Below are positions 28,828-39,200 of a stretch of 64,000 nucleotides of DNA, one piece after another (the stretch's first letter is position 1; each line of letters starts with the position of its first letter). Location of the stretch: the NCBI GenBank assembly GCA_030650415.1, contig JAUSEG010000011.1:1687-65686 (forward strand). The letters are read 5' to 3'. This DNA is from a bacterium (GTDB taxonomy: Bacteria > Patescibacteriota > Patescibacteriia > Patescibacteriales > GWC2-42-12). The notes beneath the pieces were generated by a model. That model did no database searches, was not told where the DNA came from, and saw only the letters and a list, made by a program, of their open reading frames with translations. Made by a program: the position numbers and the translations under genes.

Positions 28828-29038
28828 TGTCATTGCGAGCCGCCCTTGTAATCAAGGCGGCGAAAAAATTGTCATTGCGGGCTTGACCCGCAATCCAGGT
28901 TTCAATTTCACAAATGACTTATATAATTATTAACCTTATAAACAAAACTATTTAGTTTTAAATCTGGATTCCGGCCTGCCTACCGGACAGGCAGGCTCGG
29001 AGGCCGGAATGACAATAAGATCGGTTGCCTCAATGACA
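28828..29038. repeat. Triple-nested element: outer A, inner D (28870-29014), micro-palindrome (28975-28995)
   Basis: TGTCATTGCGAG [TGTCATTGCGGGCTTGACCCGCAATCCAG...CTGGATTCCGG{CCTGCCTACCGGACAGGCAGG}CTCGGAGGCCGGAATGACA] ...CAATGACA. Confidence 0.88.
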
Positions 29039-29043
29039 AAAAA

Positions 29044-29874
29044 CTACGGCAATAAAATTGAAATAACCGATAAAGAGGCTAAATCAATCTGCGGCTCGAT
29101 CGTGGCGCTTTGCCAAACCTCATTATTTTCTTTTATAACTTTCGTCACCCGGCCGATAACTAAGCCGCGCGGTATGTTCTGCTCCAGCCCGGAAGTCGCC
29201 ACTAAGTCGCCGGCCTTAATATTTTCGGTTTGGGGTATAAATTCCATTTTAATGGTTAGCCCCAACTCGCCGGCGGCTATGCCGGAGGTTTTTTCCTCGC
29301 CTAAGATAGCGGCCGCTAATTTGCAATTTTTATTGGTTACTAAATATATTTCAGAAAGATTATCTTTAACATTAACGATTTTACCGATAATAACGCCTTG
29401 GCTCGTCTCGCCCGAGCTTACGAAGCTGACTACCGCTAGACCGGCGAACAGGCCGTCTCTTAAGCCCTTATCAATTAATACCGACCGGCTGTCTGCCGGC
29501 TCGCCTTCGAGTTCGCCTCGAGAAATTATATTAGCCATTAAGTAACGCTTGCCGCTTTTTTCCAAAAAGTTTAATTGTTTCCTTAAGGCCAAGTTTTCTT
29601 CTTTTAAAAATTTCAACTCAACATTCTCGGCCGTTAAGCGATTTATCATAACGCCCGCTTCCTTTAACTTAGCCGCTAAATCAACCTTGGCGGTTTGATC
29701 AGAATAGGTCCGATTTAAGCCCGAACTCAAAGAATAAAATATTTTAAATACGGGATTGAGTCTCTTGGCTAAAAATGATTCCACCGGATTTAACAACTTA
29801 GCATAATGCAAAACCAACAGCAGCACAAGAGCTACTACAATATATACATATTTTTTCAAATTTATTCTCAACAT
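29044..29874 (-). CDS. mreC: Rod shape-determining protein MreC
   Basis: TM plus coiled coil, IDKG..DG, GDLVATSGL...PRGLVIG; follows mreB. Confidence 0.9.
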   Translation of the reverse strand: MLRINLKKYVYIVVALVLLLVLHYAKLLNPVESFLAKRLNPVFKIFYSLSSGLNRTYSDQTAKVDLAAKLKEAGVMINRLTAENVELKFLKEENLALRKQLNFLEKSGKRYLMANIISRGELEGEPADSRSVLIDKGLRDGLFAGLAVVSFVSSGETSQGVIIGKIVNVKDNLSEIYLVTNKNCKLAAAILGEEKTSGIAAGELGLTIKMEFIPQTENIKAGDLVATSGLEQNIPRGLVIGRVTKVIKENNEVWQSATIEPQIDLASLSVISILLP

Positions 29875-29900
29875 ACTATCTAATTTAATTGCCACATACC

Positions 29901-30053
29901 TAATTTTCAATTTACTAATTTTCAATTTTCAAACAATGCTCTAATTTTTAATGATCAATTATCTCTACTTCGCCAAGCCTACGGAGGATAAGCAATTTTA
30001 AAATTTAATCATTGAAAATTCATTGAAAATTGATAATTGAAAATTAAAAATTA
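29901..30053. repeat. 7-mer hairpin (AATTTTC type) with a GC-rich micro-element in its loop (29965-29987)
   Basis: Arms resemble 431-568; loop contains CTACTTCGCCAAGCCTACGGAGG. Confidence 0.8.
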
Positions 30054-30056
30054 TTT

Positions 30057-31100
30057 TTAATATTCTTCCGTCGCCGGCGATAAAACTTTGGCTAAGAGCT
30101 CCGGATCCGAGAGCAAGATACCGGTGCCTCGAACCACGCAGGTTAGAGGATCTTCGGCCACTCTGACCGGAATTTTCGTGGCTTGGGCGATTTCTTTATC
30201 CAGTCCGCGAAGCAAGGCGCCGCCGCCGGTTAAGACTATGCCGTGCTCGTAAATATCGGAAACCAATTCCGGCGGCGTGGTCTCTAAAGTTATTTTAATG
30301 TTTTCTATAATCTGACGAATAATCCTCTGCATGGCTTCCCTGACCTGACTGTCGGTAATAATCACTTCCTTAGGCAGGCCGTTAATTAAATCTCGGCCTC
30401 TTAAGGGCATTTCTATCGACTCTTTTAAGGGCGCGGCCGAACCGATTTTAATTTTAATATTTTCCGCCACCTGCTCGCCGATTAAAATATTAAATTCTTC
30501 GCGCACATACTGAATAATGTCATTATCCAGGGCGTTACCGGCCAACCGTAAAGTTTTCCAGGTAACGACTCCGCCCAAAGAAATAACTGCTATCTCGGTC
30601 GTACCGCCTCCTATATCAACTACCATAGTGGCTTGGGGTCCGACAACATCTAAACGCGTACCGATAGCCGCGGCCATGGATTGCTCAATTAAAAATACCT
30701 CGCGCGCTCCGGCTGATTTAGCCGCGTCTTCAACCGCTTTCTTTTCCACTTCGGTGATATCCAGCGGGATGCCGATAATTACCCGGGGCCTCGGCACTAA
30801 AGTAAAATATTCGCTATGCACTTTATCAATGAAATATTTAAGCATTTTTTCCGTCACTTCAAAATCGGAAATTACGCCGTCGACTAAGGGCTTAATGGCT
30901 TGAATATGAGGCGGAGTTTTCCCTAACATCTTCTTCGCTTCATGGCCCACGCATAAAATTTCATCGGTGCGCAAATTAACCGCTACCACCGATGGTTCGT
31001 TAATAACAATCCCCTTTTCCGGGGTATAAACTAGGGTATTGGTCGTTCCCAAATCTATGCCCAAGTCTTTAGAAAATCTGCCAAAAAATTTATTTAACAT
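30057..31100 (-). CDS. mreB: Rod shape-determining protein MreB
   Basis: GIDLGTTNT, NEPSVVA, VDIGGGTTEIAVISLGG, LTGGGALL. Confidence 0.96.
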   Translation of the reverse strand: MLNKFFGRFSKDLGIDLGTTNTLVYTPEKGIVINEPSVVAVNLRTDEILCVGHEAKKMLGKTPPHIQAIKPLVDGVISDFEVTEKMLKYFIDKVHSEYFTLVPRPRVIIGIPLDITEVEKKAVEDAAKSAGAREVFLIEQSMAAAIGTRLDVVGPQATMVVDIGGGTTEIAVISLGGVVTWKTLRLAGNALDNDIIQYVREEFNILIGEQVAENIKIKIGSAAPLKESIEMPLRGRDLINGLPKEVIITDSQVREAMQRIIRQIIENIKITLETTPPELVSDIYEHGIVLTGGGALLRGLDKEIAQATKIPVRVAEDPLTCVVRGTGILLSDPELLAKVLSPATEEY

Positions 31101-31111
31101 TATATTTATTA

Positions 31112-31259
31112 TGTCATTGCGGGCTATTATTCTTTCTGTCATTCTGGAGGGAGCGCCAGCGACCGATAGAATCTCGCTGTAAACACTCTAACCATGAGAT
31201 GCTATCGCTTCACTTCGTTTCGCTCCAGCATGACAAGAAATTAGTCGCTCGCAATGACA
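31112..31259. repeat. Nested element: outer A, inner C (31137-31235)
   Basis: TGTCATTGCG [TGTCATTCTGGAGG...CTCCAGCATGACA] GTCGCTCGCAATGACA; lies between a candidate promoter (TTGACA at 31307-31312, minus) and the mreB start. Confidence 0.92.
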
Positions 31260-31310
31260 ATAAAAGCATTCTTTATTCTTTCAGTTTACTCTAAAATCAC
31301 CCAATCTGTC

Positions 31311-31345
31311 AAAAAAACGGCTGCTCCTTAAAAGCAACCGTTTTT
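31311..31345. terminator. Intrinsic terminator after secF
   Basis: AAAAAAACGG(C)TGCT...AGCA(A)CCGTTTTT. Confidence 0.65.
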
Positions 31346-31368
31346 CTGATATTTAAGCAGATTTTAAA

Positions 31369-32277
31369 TTATTTTTTCCATTTCTCCCAGGTTACCAATA
31401 ACGGCGGAGCGACGAAGATCGAAGAATATGTACCGAAAAAAATACCAACCGCTAAGGCCAGGGCAAAAGTCCTGATACTTGAACCGCCGAAAATAATAAT
31501 TGAAGTTAAAACCAGAAGCGTCGTCATACTAGTATTAACCGAACGCACCAAGGTTTGATTTAAACTCATATTAACCGTGCCTTCAAAGTCCAAATCGCTC
31601 TTCGGTAAATTTTCTCGAATCCGGTCAAACACCACGATGCTATCATGAACTGAATAACCGATAACGGTTAAAACCGCGGCCACAAAAGCTATGTTTATTT
31701 CCACATCGTAAAAATGACCTAGAATGGCGAACACGCCCATAGTAATCACCGCGTCATGAAACATGGCGATAATCGCCGCTAAACCATATTTCCAGGAAGC
31801 CACCGGGCGCGAAACTTTCCTAAAGGCGTAAGTTATATAGAGAGACATGGCGATTAGCGCAAAAAATAAAGCCCAAAGCGATTTAGCTTTTAATTCGGCG
31901 CCAATAGAAGGTCCGACTGATTCAAAGCGCAACTCTTCAATTGCATTATTTTTATCTGCAATCTTCGCCGCATCGGTTAATTTAGTTAAAATCGCCTGGT
32001 GAGTTTCTTCCGCCGTTTCCTGAAATCTTAAAAGCATGTCAATCTCGCCTACCGGTTGAATAATTAAACTACCTAATTTAAGGTCGGCTAGATCGGCTTC
32101 GGTTTGACTGACGGTCGGCCTTTGGCCAGCGAATCTTACTTCCAGTAAACTGCCGCCGGTAAAGTCAATACCGTATTTAAAACCCCAGACTAAGAGCGCG
32201 GCTAAAAAAACCACGAACAAAGCGCCGGAAATCGACAGCCAAATTTTTCTTTTTTGAATTATTTTGAAGTTAGTCAT
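31369..32277 (-). CDS. secF: Protein translocase subunit SecF
   Basis: GIDFTGG, VGPSIG, HD, GYSVHDSIVVFDRIREN, GTYSSIF. Confidence 0.96.
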   Translation of the reverse strand: MTNFKIIQKRKIWLSISGALFVVFLAALLVWGFKYGIDFTGGSLLEVRFAGQRPTVSQTEADLADLKLGSLIIQPVGEIDMLLRFQETAEETHQAILTKLTDAAKIADKNNAIEELRFESVGPSIGAELKAKSLWALFFALIAMSLYITYAFRKVSRPVASWKYGLAAIIAMFHDAVITMGVFAILGHFYDVEINIAFVAAVLTVIGYSVHDSIVVFDRIRENLPKSDLDFEGTVNMSLNQTLVRSVNTSMTTLLVLTSIIIFGGSSIRTFALALAVGIFFGTYSSIFVAPPLLVTWEKWKK

Positions 32278-32288
32278 AATTTTCTCTT

Positions 32289-32491
32289 TGTCATTCCCGC
32301 GCAGGCGGGAATCCAGGGGTTAGCAGTAAAAATATACTGCTTTCTCTAAACCCTACACAATATAAAAATTTTAAATTAGCGCACGCTCAGTAAAAATATT
32401 CCTACTTCTCCCTCCTGGATTCCCGACAGCCTTCGGCTTCGGGAATGACAGACTAAAAAAAGACCGCTTCGCTTCATTCCTCGCAATGACA
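32289..32491. repeat. Type B element with long spacer (32289-32450) plus the right end of a type A element
   Basis: TGTCATTCCCGCGCAGGCGGGAATCCAGGGG...CCTGGATTCCCGA...TTCGGGAATGACA...CTCGCAATGACA; spacer homologous to the 42095 copy. Confidence 0.9.
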
Positions 32492-32528
32492 AATTATCTT
32501 AATTTGCAATTTATAAAACTTTAAAAAA

Positions 32529-32837
32529 TTATTCAACAGGTAACTCTTTTACATTGTGATTTGGGCAATTGAAACGGATTGTGTCAACTATCATAACCTT
32601 TCCGTCCTCAATACCACCAACATCTGGTAAGTTGCCCAACTCCTGTTCTATATCTTTTTGCGTCAAATCACCATTTTTCAATTTTTCTAAAAGTCGATTT
32701 TTCGCCTGTTCTGCCACGCTCAACATTGCTGAAAGGCTAAGTTTTAATGCCATTGGAGGGAGTTTCTCTAAGATGCTATCTATGATGGGTGTGACTGAAG
32801 CAACCTGCTCTCCTCCTTCGTGTCCCATATTTTTCAT
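32529..32837 (-). CDS. Small hypothetical protein between secD and secF
   Basis: 102-aa ORF, co-oriented, fills the gap; no recognised motif. Confidence 0.5.
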   Translation of the reverse strand: MKNMGHEGGEQVASVTPIIDSILEKLPPMALKLSLSAMLSVAEQAKNRLLEKLKNGDLTQKDIEQELGNLPDVGGIEDGKVMIVDTIRFNCPNHNVKELPVE

Positions 32838-32861
32838 ATGATTTTTGATTAAAATAAATTA

Positions 32862-35051
32862 TTATTTATTCTCCCTCGCCTTCACCGACGTAATTAGGCC
32901 ATGGCGTTTTTCCAACCAGGCCGGCGGAATCAGACTCAAGAAATTTCTGGTGATAAAGATCGCGGTAAACATGGAAATTATAACGCCCAAGCCTAAAGTT
33001 ACCGCGAACCCCTTAACCGCGCTGGTAGTGAACATGATTAAAATTAGACAAATTATCAGAGTATTAAAATTACTATCCCTGATCGACGGCCAGGCGCGTT
33101 TAAAGGCTTCGTTTAAGGCCACGGACAATGGCTTGCCGGCTAAAATTTCTTCTCGTAGTCTCGCAAAAATTAAAATATTAGCGTCCACAGCCATGCCGAC
33201 CGAGACGATCGCTCCGGCTAGTCCGGCCAAAGTAAGAGTTACCGGCGCCAAACCGCCGATGAAATACAAAATAATATAGCTCAAGAATGCCAATAAGATA
33301 AACCAACTATTAACCGTAATACCGATGATTAAGAAAATGCCGACTAAGACCAGCGCTGCCATGGAAAAACCGATTTTAAATAAAGTAAATACCAATAAGC
33401 TATAAACTACCAGAGCCAAAACCGCCATTAATCCCGGTAATCTATAGAAGACAATCATGAATAAAGCGATTATTACAAAAGCGATTAAACCGGCGCGCAG
33501 GCTATCATCAACAGATTTTTGCCCTAGGCTTGGGCCAACGGTTTGCTGATTAACTAAGTTAATCGGTACGGGCAAAGCGCCGGCGTTTAGCCGTTGCGCG
33601 AGAAGCTTAGCTTCGGTAATGTTAAATTTTCCGGAAATTACCGCTTTACCGCCGCTAATTTTTTCATTAACATTCGGTATGCTGATGGCGTAGCCGTCTA
33701 AATAAATCGCCACCGGTTTATTAATATTGCGAGCCGTTATGGTTTCAAAAAATTTCGCGCCTTCATCGTCAAAAGCCAGAGAGACTTCGGGGGAACCATC
33801 TTGAGGATTAAACTCCACCGATGAGGTCTTTAAATTTCGACCGGTCAATTCAGTATTCTTCCATTCGCTTTGCACGCCGATAATATCCTGCTCGATTTTA
33901 GTCTTTATGAAAATATGGCTTAAATTAAATTCTTGAATTTTTCTTTCTTCCTGTTTATAAATTAAGTGCCAGCCGAATTCGGTTTCAACCGGGCCGGAAA
34001 TCGTACCCACCGCCTGTTTAAAGACTTCGTCTTCAAACGGCTTGACCATAGCGCCCAAACTGAACCAACCCAACTCGCCGCCCGAGTCTCGCGCGCCAGG
34101 TTCGGTGGAATTCTGCTTAATTAAATCTTTAAAATTTGCCGGCGTAGCCTCTAGTTTTAATTTATTGACTTTTGCCAAAGCTTCTTCTTTAGTAAAACCG
34201 CTTTCGCAACCGGTATTATCTTTAAAACAAATCAGAAGATGCGAAGCCTTTACTTCTTTTTCCGGCTGATTATTGAAAGGATTAATTTTTTCTCTCTTGC
34301 CTTCGACTTTAATAATTTCAAAACCGCCGTTAATACGCCCTAAATCGGCGCTCGATTTTCCTACGGCAATATTTTTCGCTAAATTATATATTCCCGGGTT
34401 ATCTTTTTCCGTAATCCAACCCAGACTTCCGCCGTTAGCTTTAGTTTTTTCATCTTCGCTATAAGCCGCAGCCAGGGCCTTAAAATCTCCGCCGGATATA
34501 ACTTTGCCTAAAACCTCGGTAGCGCGCGCTTCAGCCGCCTTATTATAATCATTCAACTCTTTAGTTTCCGCGTCAGTCATTTTCCTAATTTCTTTATTTT
34601 CTTCCTTAAATTCCAAGAGCGGAGTTTCGCCGATATTTTTAATCGCCTGCTTAATATCTTTAATACCGGCCAGTTCAACGATTATCCGGTAATCGCCGCC
34701 GGAAGTTCGGTTAATTTGCACATTAGGCTCGCTGACGCCAAAAATGTTTATTCTTCTTTCAATTACATCGCGAACGCCTTCAACCGCATTACCTTTATCG
34801 GCGGTTGCGATAGCGCTAACATCAGCCTGATAAGTTAATTGCGTACCGCCCTGAAGATCAAGCCCCAACCTAAAAGGCATTTCTTTAACTTTAGGGAAAG
34901 GCGCTTTAAATTTATCGACCGCTCGATTGTAATAAGATCCGAAATCAACCAGCGACGTCGCTAAAACCAGTAAAATAATACCAACAAAGGTCCACCAAAT
35001 CTTTCCACGGCTGGTGGGTTTTAATAATTTCTGTAAAATGTTGTCAGACAT
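32862..35051 (-). CDS. secD: Protein translocase subunit SecD with inserted parvulin PPIase domains
   Basis: LGLDLQGG, GVSEP, GALPVP, VGPSLG, GMAVDANILIFAR; insert has SED...GGSLGW and ASHLL...GGELGWF...PFE...GPVETEFGWHLI. Confidence 0.93.
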   Translation of the reverse strand: MSDNILQKLLKPTSRGKIWWTFVGIILLVLATSLVDFGSYYNRAVDKFKAPFPKVKEMPFRLGLDLQGGTQLTYQADVSAIATADKGNAVEGVRDVIERRINIFGVSEPNVQINRTSGGDYRIIVELAGIKDIKQAIKNIGETPLLEFKEENKEIRKMTDAETKELNDYNKAAEARATEVLGKVISGGDFKALAAAYSEDEKTKANGGSLGWITEKDNPGIYNLAKNIAVGKSSADLGRINGGFEIIKVEGKREKINPFNNQPEKEVKASHLLICFKDNTGCESGFTKEEALAKVNKLKLEATPANFKDLIKQNSTEPGARDSGGELGWFSLGAMVKPFEDEVFKQAVGTISGPVETEFGWHLIYKQEERKIQEFNLSHIFIKTKIEQDIIGVQSEWKNTELTGRNLKTSSVEFNPQDGSPEVSLAFDDEGAKFFETITARNINKPVAIYLDGYAISIPNVNEKISGGKAVISGKFNITEAKLLAQRLNAGALPVPINLVNQQTVGPSLGQKSVDDSLRAGLIAFVIIALFMIVFYRLPGLMAVLALVVYSLLVFTLFKIGFSMAALVLVGIFLIIGITVNSWFILLAFLSYIILYFIGGLAPVTLTLAGLAGAIVSVGMAVDANILIFARLREEILAGKPLSVALNEAFKRAWPSIRDSNFNTLIICLILIMFTTSAVKGFAVTLGLGVIISMFTAIFITRNFLSLIPPAWLEKRHGLITSVKARENK

Positions 35052-35109
35052 AAATTAATAACACCCCATCAGGGTGTAATATTTAAATGAAGTTGTAACT
35101 CTTTCTAAT

Positions 35110-35138
35110 ATTTTAAACTACTTTTCAGATAAAATCAA
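35110..35138 (-). promoter_or_regulatory. Promoter for secD
   Basis: TTGATT-17 nt-TAAAAT. Confidence 0.5.
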
Positions 35139-35142
35139 GTTC

Positions 35143-35199
35143 ACCCCGTGAAATAATTTTGCTTATGCAAAATTAGCACCAAGCGCTATTTCATGGGGT
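35143..35199. repeat. Type E element variant
   Basis: ACCCCGTGAAATA...TATTTCATGGGGT with an internal TAATTTTGC/GCAAAATTA hairpin. Confidence 0.75.
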
Positions 35200-35226
35200 A
35201 AAAATAAATGGCTAAGATTAAAAGAA

Positions 35227-35691
35227 TTATTTACCATTTTCCAGATAAACCGCGGTGTTATTCTCTAGCGCGGCCAAGCATTGGGGCAATCTCCGTTTTA
35301 ATTTATCATTCAATAGGGGCAACGCGTCATCAATTTTAATAAATCTATATTCAACAATTTCTTGGCCGTCCACTTTTATGTTTTTCATCTCGCTAGCGCT
35401 TAATTTCCCGCCAAAAAAGACAAACTGTAAATTTTCATTTTTTTCTTCTCTGGCTGGCGCATAATCAACACCCAAAAACTTTACATCAGCCAAACTAAGG
35501 CCAGTTTCCTCTTTAACTTCTCTAAGACAGGCGATTTTCGGCGATTCGTCTTTTTCAACCACTCCGCCGGGCAATGTCCAATGATCTTTATAACTCGCTT
35601 TAACAAATAAAATCTCACCGGTGTCGTTCATAATTATCGCGCCGGCGCCCATTCTTTTCTTCGGCAGATTTTTATAATAATCATTAGCCAT
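35227..35691 (-). CDS. Nudix hydrolase
   Basis: Nudix box PGGVVEKDESPKIACLREVKEETGL. Confidence 0.9.
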   Translation of the reverse strand: MANDYYKNLPKKRMGAGAIIMNDTGEILFVKASYKDHWTLPGGVVEKDESPKIACLREVKEETGLSLADVKFLGVDYAPAREEKNENLQFVFFGGKLSASEMKNIKVDGQEIVEYRFIKIDDALPLLNDKLKRRLPQCLAALENNTAVYLENGK

Positions 35692-36184
35692 ATAATTTTC
35701 TCTTCGTCTCAAGCCACTCATTGAATGCCTTATAAAATTTTCCGTTTATTTTAAGATCGGCGATAATCGCTTGCGGTGTTGAGATATGTTTAATATAGCT
35801 TAAACTTTCTTCCGGTGATAGAAATTTTATGCATTTAACTGCTATTTCAGTATCCGACTTTCCATCCCATTTATTAATCTTAAATGTACCATCCAATTTT
35901 TTATCCCAGGTAGCGTCAACGATTTTCCATTCTCCGTCAACGTTAATTTCAATATAAGTGTGAGAGGATTCGTCATCATGCGACACGCCTTGAATTTCCT
36001 TTGGCAAATTGAGATCGCTCCATCTGAATGTGCATAAGCGATATATTACGTCATATCCTCCCCGCTTTAATATCTTAAATAACTTTTCTGCTTTTCCAGT
36101 GCAACACTCATCCGGCTCTTCTAAAGAAAGAGGGATTCTGTACGGAATATCTCTAACTTTTTCGAATTCTTTAATGATACTCAT
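35684..36184 (-). CDS. Transglutaminase-like (Cys-His-Asp) protein
   Basis: CTGK...L, SHTYIE, WKIVDATWD. Confidence 0.7.
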   Translation of the reverse strand: MSIIKEFEKVRDIPYRIPLSLEEPDECCTGKAEKLFKILKRGGYDVIYRLCTFRWSDLNLPKEIQGVSHDDESSHTYIEINVDGEWKIVDATWDKKLDGTFKINKWDGKSDTEIAVKCIKFLSPEESLSYIKHISTPQAIIADLKINGKFYKAFNEWLETKRKLYG

Positions 36185-36195
36185 ATTTCTACCGA

Positions 36196-36229
36196 TCCCT
36201 CCTGGATTCCCGCCTTCGCGGGAATGACA
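36196..36229. repeat. Solo right arm of a type B element
   Basis: TCCCTCCTGGATTCCCGCCTTCGCGGGAATGACA. Confidence 0.85.
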
Positions 36230-36252
36230 ATAAAAGTAGTTATTTTCTTACT

Positions 36253-39200
36253 TTATGCCCCATGGCACTTCTTATATTTTTTGCCAGACCCGCACGGGCA
36301 GGGATCATTCCGCCCAATTTTCTGGCCTTCGGCATCTTTGGCTTTTTCATGAACTAAATCTACCGGTTGATTTTTTTTATTTTCACTACTCTTAAAAGCG
36401 GAAAATGATTCTGTGCTCTTATCCATAGTCTTGGCCGGGGCGATGTAATTCTGCGGCCGCGTCTTCAATGTTGGCATGGCGAAATTACCGAAGTCCGCCA
36501 CTTTAAAAATGGAATAAGCCACTTGCTTTTGAATTAAATTATTTAATTCATTATATAAAATATAAGCTTCTTTTTTGTATTCTATGAGCGGATCTCTCTG
36601 GCCATAGCCGCGGAGCCCGATGCCGGCGCGCATATGATCCATGGCTTCCAAGTGCTCCATCCACAGCATGTCAAATGACCTTATAAGAACCGCTTTTTCA
36701 ACTTGGCGCCAATCGATTCCGGCCTCTCCGGCCAGTTTAATAATTTTTTCATAGTTGGTTTTTACCAAAGCCATGAGGTGGTCGCAAATTTTCGTCCTAA
36801 CTCTTACTTTTTCCAGCTTATCGCCGTCGCCGGCCAATCCCGTAAGCTCATCTTTTAATTTCGCTTCCACCGGCAAAATGGTTGACATAACCTGATAAAT
36901 TTCTTTAATATTCCAATCCGCGCTTGCATCGGCGGCCGTATGAAAAATTACCGCCTGCTCGATTTCGTTTTCAATCATTTCTAAAATTATTTCTGTCATC
37001 CTGGAGGGAGCGGAGCGACCGATAGGATCTCCCTGTTTTGCCTCTGAACTATGGGATTCTATCGCCTTCGGCTCCAGAATGACATTACCACTTTCCGCCA
37101 ACTCCAATATCTCTCGCCTCTTCCGATAGGTTGTCTCGCGATGCTTATTTATTACATCATCATATTCAACCAAGTGTTTTCTAGTATCAAAATTATTGCC
37201 TTCAACTTTTTTCTGCGCCGATTCGATGGAACGAGAAACCATGCCATTCTCTATTGGCAGGTCTTCCGGCACTCTTAAGGTGGTCATTAAGTTCTTCATC
37301 CGGTCGCCGCCAAAAATTCTCATCAAATCATCTTCCATGGAAACATAGAATTGGCTTGATCCCGGATCGCCCTGGCGGCCGGCGCGGCCTCGAAGCTGAT
37401 TATCAATGCGCCTGGCCTCGTGCCTTTCCGTGCCAATAATATGCAAACCGCCAGAGGCCAGCACTTTTTTATATTCTTCTTGCCAGATTTTATATTCCGG
37501 GTTTTCCTCTTTTCCGTCTTCCATCAATTTGCTTGGCGGTACTCCGCCGAGCATAATATCCACACCTCTTCCGGCCATATTGGTGGCGATAGTCACGGCG
37601 CCCAAACGCCCGGCCTGAGAAATAATTTTGGCTTCCTTTTCATGGTGTTTGGCATTTAAAACCTGCGGTATAATCCCTTCTCGTTCGAGCATCTCGCCCA
37701 AGACTTCATTTCTTTCAATGGAGATGGTGCCGACTAAGATCGGCTGGCCGGTAGCGTGCCGGCGCTTCACTTCTTCAATCACGGCTTTAAACTTTCCATT
37801 TTCGGTCCGATAAATTAAATCATTAAGATCTTTTCTAACCATCGTCCGATTAGTCGGTATCACCACGGTTTCCAGTTTATAAATTTTGGAAAATTCCTCG
37901 GCTTCGGTTATGGCCGTGCCGGTCATGCCCGAAAGTTTCTTATACATTCTGAAATAATTTTGAAAAGTCACGGTGGCTAAGGTCTGTGATTCGCGTTGAA
38001 CTTTAACTTTTTCCTTAGCTTCAATCGCCTGGTGCAAACCCTCGCTATAGCGCCGGCCATGCATTAAGCGGCCGGTAAATTCATCAACAATAATTACTTC
38101 GTTATCTTTCACCACGTAGTCCCGATCGCGCTTAAATAAAACTCGCGCTTTTAGAGCTTGCTCAATATGGTGCACTTCGGAAATTCCGCCCGAGGTATAA
38201 ATATTATCCACGCCCATTAATTTTTCCATTTTAGCGATACCGGCTTCGGATAAAGTGGCGGCGCGCATTTTTTCATCAACATTATAATCGCCCTGCCCTG
38301 AGTCATCCGAAGGGTCATTTTCGGTTAAACGTTCAACCAAGTCGGAAAATTTAAAATATTTATCCGTCGATTCTTCGGCTGGAGAACTGATTATAAGCGG
38401 CGTTCTGGCTTCATCAATTAAAATTGAATCGACTTCATCGACGATAGCGTAATATAAATCCCTTTGCGCCATTGAATTTAAATCCGGCACCATGTTATCC
38501 CTTAAATAATCAAAGCCGAATTCATTATTCGTGCCATAAAGAATATCGCAAGCATAGGCCTCTTTACGTGGCACTTCAACTAATTTGCCTTCGTTTTGGT
38601 CATTGAAAATTTGATCATTGGGATTTGTTTGAAAATTGTCTGGCTTCGCCAGATCTGGCGTAGCCAGAGAAATTGGAAATTGAAAATTTTTTCCCGAATT
38701 ATAAATATAGGCTTTTTCATGTGTTATACATCCCACGCTCAATCCAAGAAAACTGTAAATCTTCCCCATCCATTCGGCGTCGCGCTTGGCCAGGTAATCG
38801 TTAACCGTAATTACATGCACGCCCTTTTTAGGCAGAGCGTTTAAATAAGCGGGCAAAGTAGCCACTAAAGTTTTACCTTCGCCGGTTCTCATTTCCGAAA
38901 TTTGCCCGCGATGCAGCGCCAGGCCTCCGAGCAACTGCGCGTCATAATGCCTCTGGCCTAGGGTTCGCTTGGCCGCTTCTCTAACCACGGCGAAAGCTTC
39001 CGGCAGAATTTCTTCCAGCCTTTTTTCTATGTCATCCTGGAGCGAAGCGTCAGCGGAGCGATAGGATCTCATTTTTTCATTACCCGCGCTGAGCAAAACC
39101 GAAGCGTCAGTCTCCACCTCCAATCTTTTTCTAAACTCGGCCGTCATATTCCGCAACTCATCATCGCTCATCACTTCAAACTTTTTTTCCAAAGCATTAA

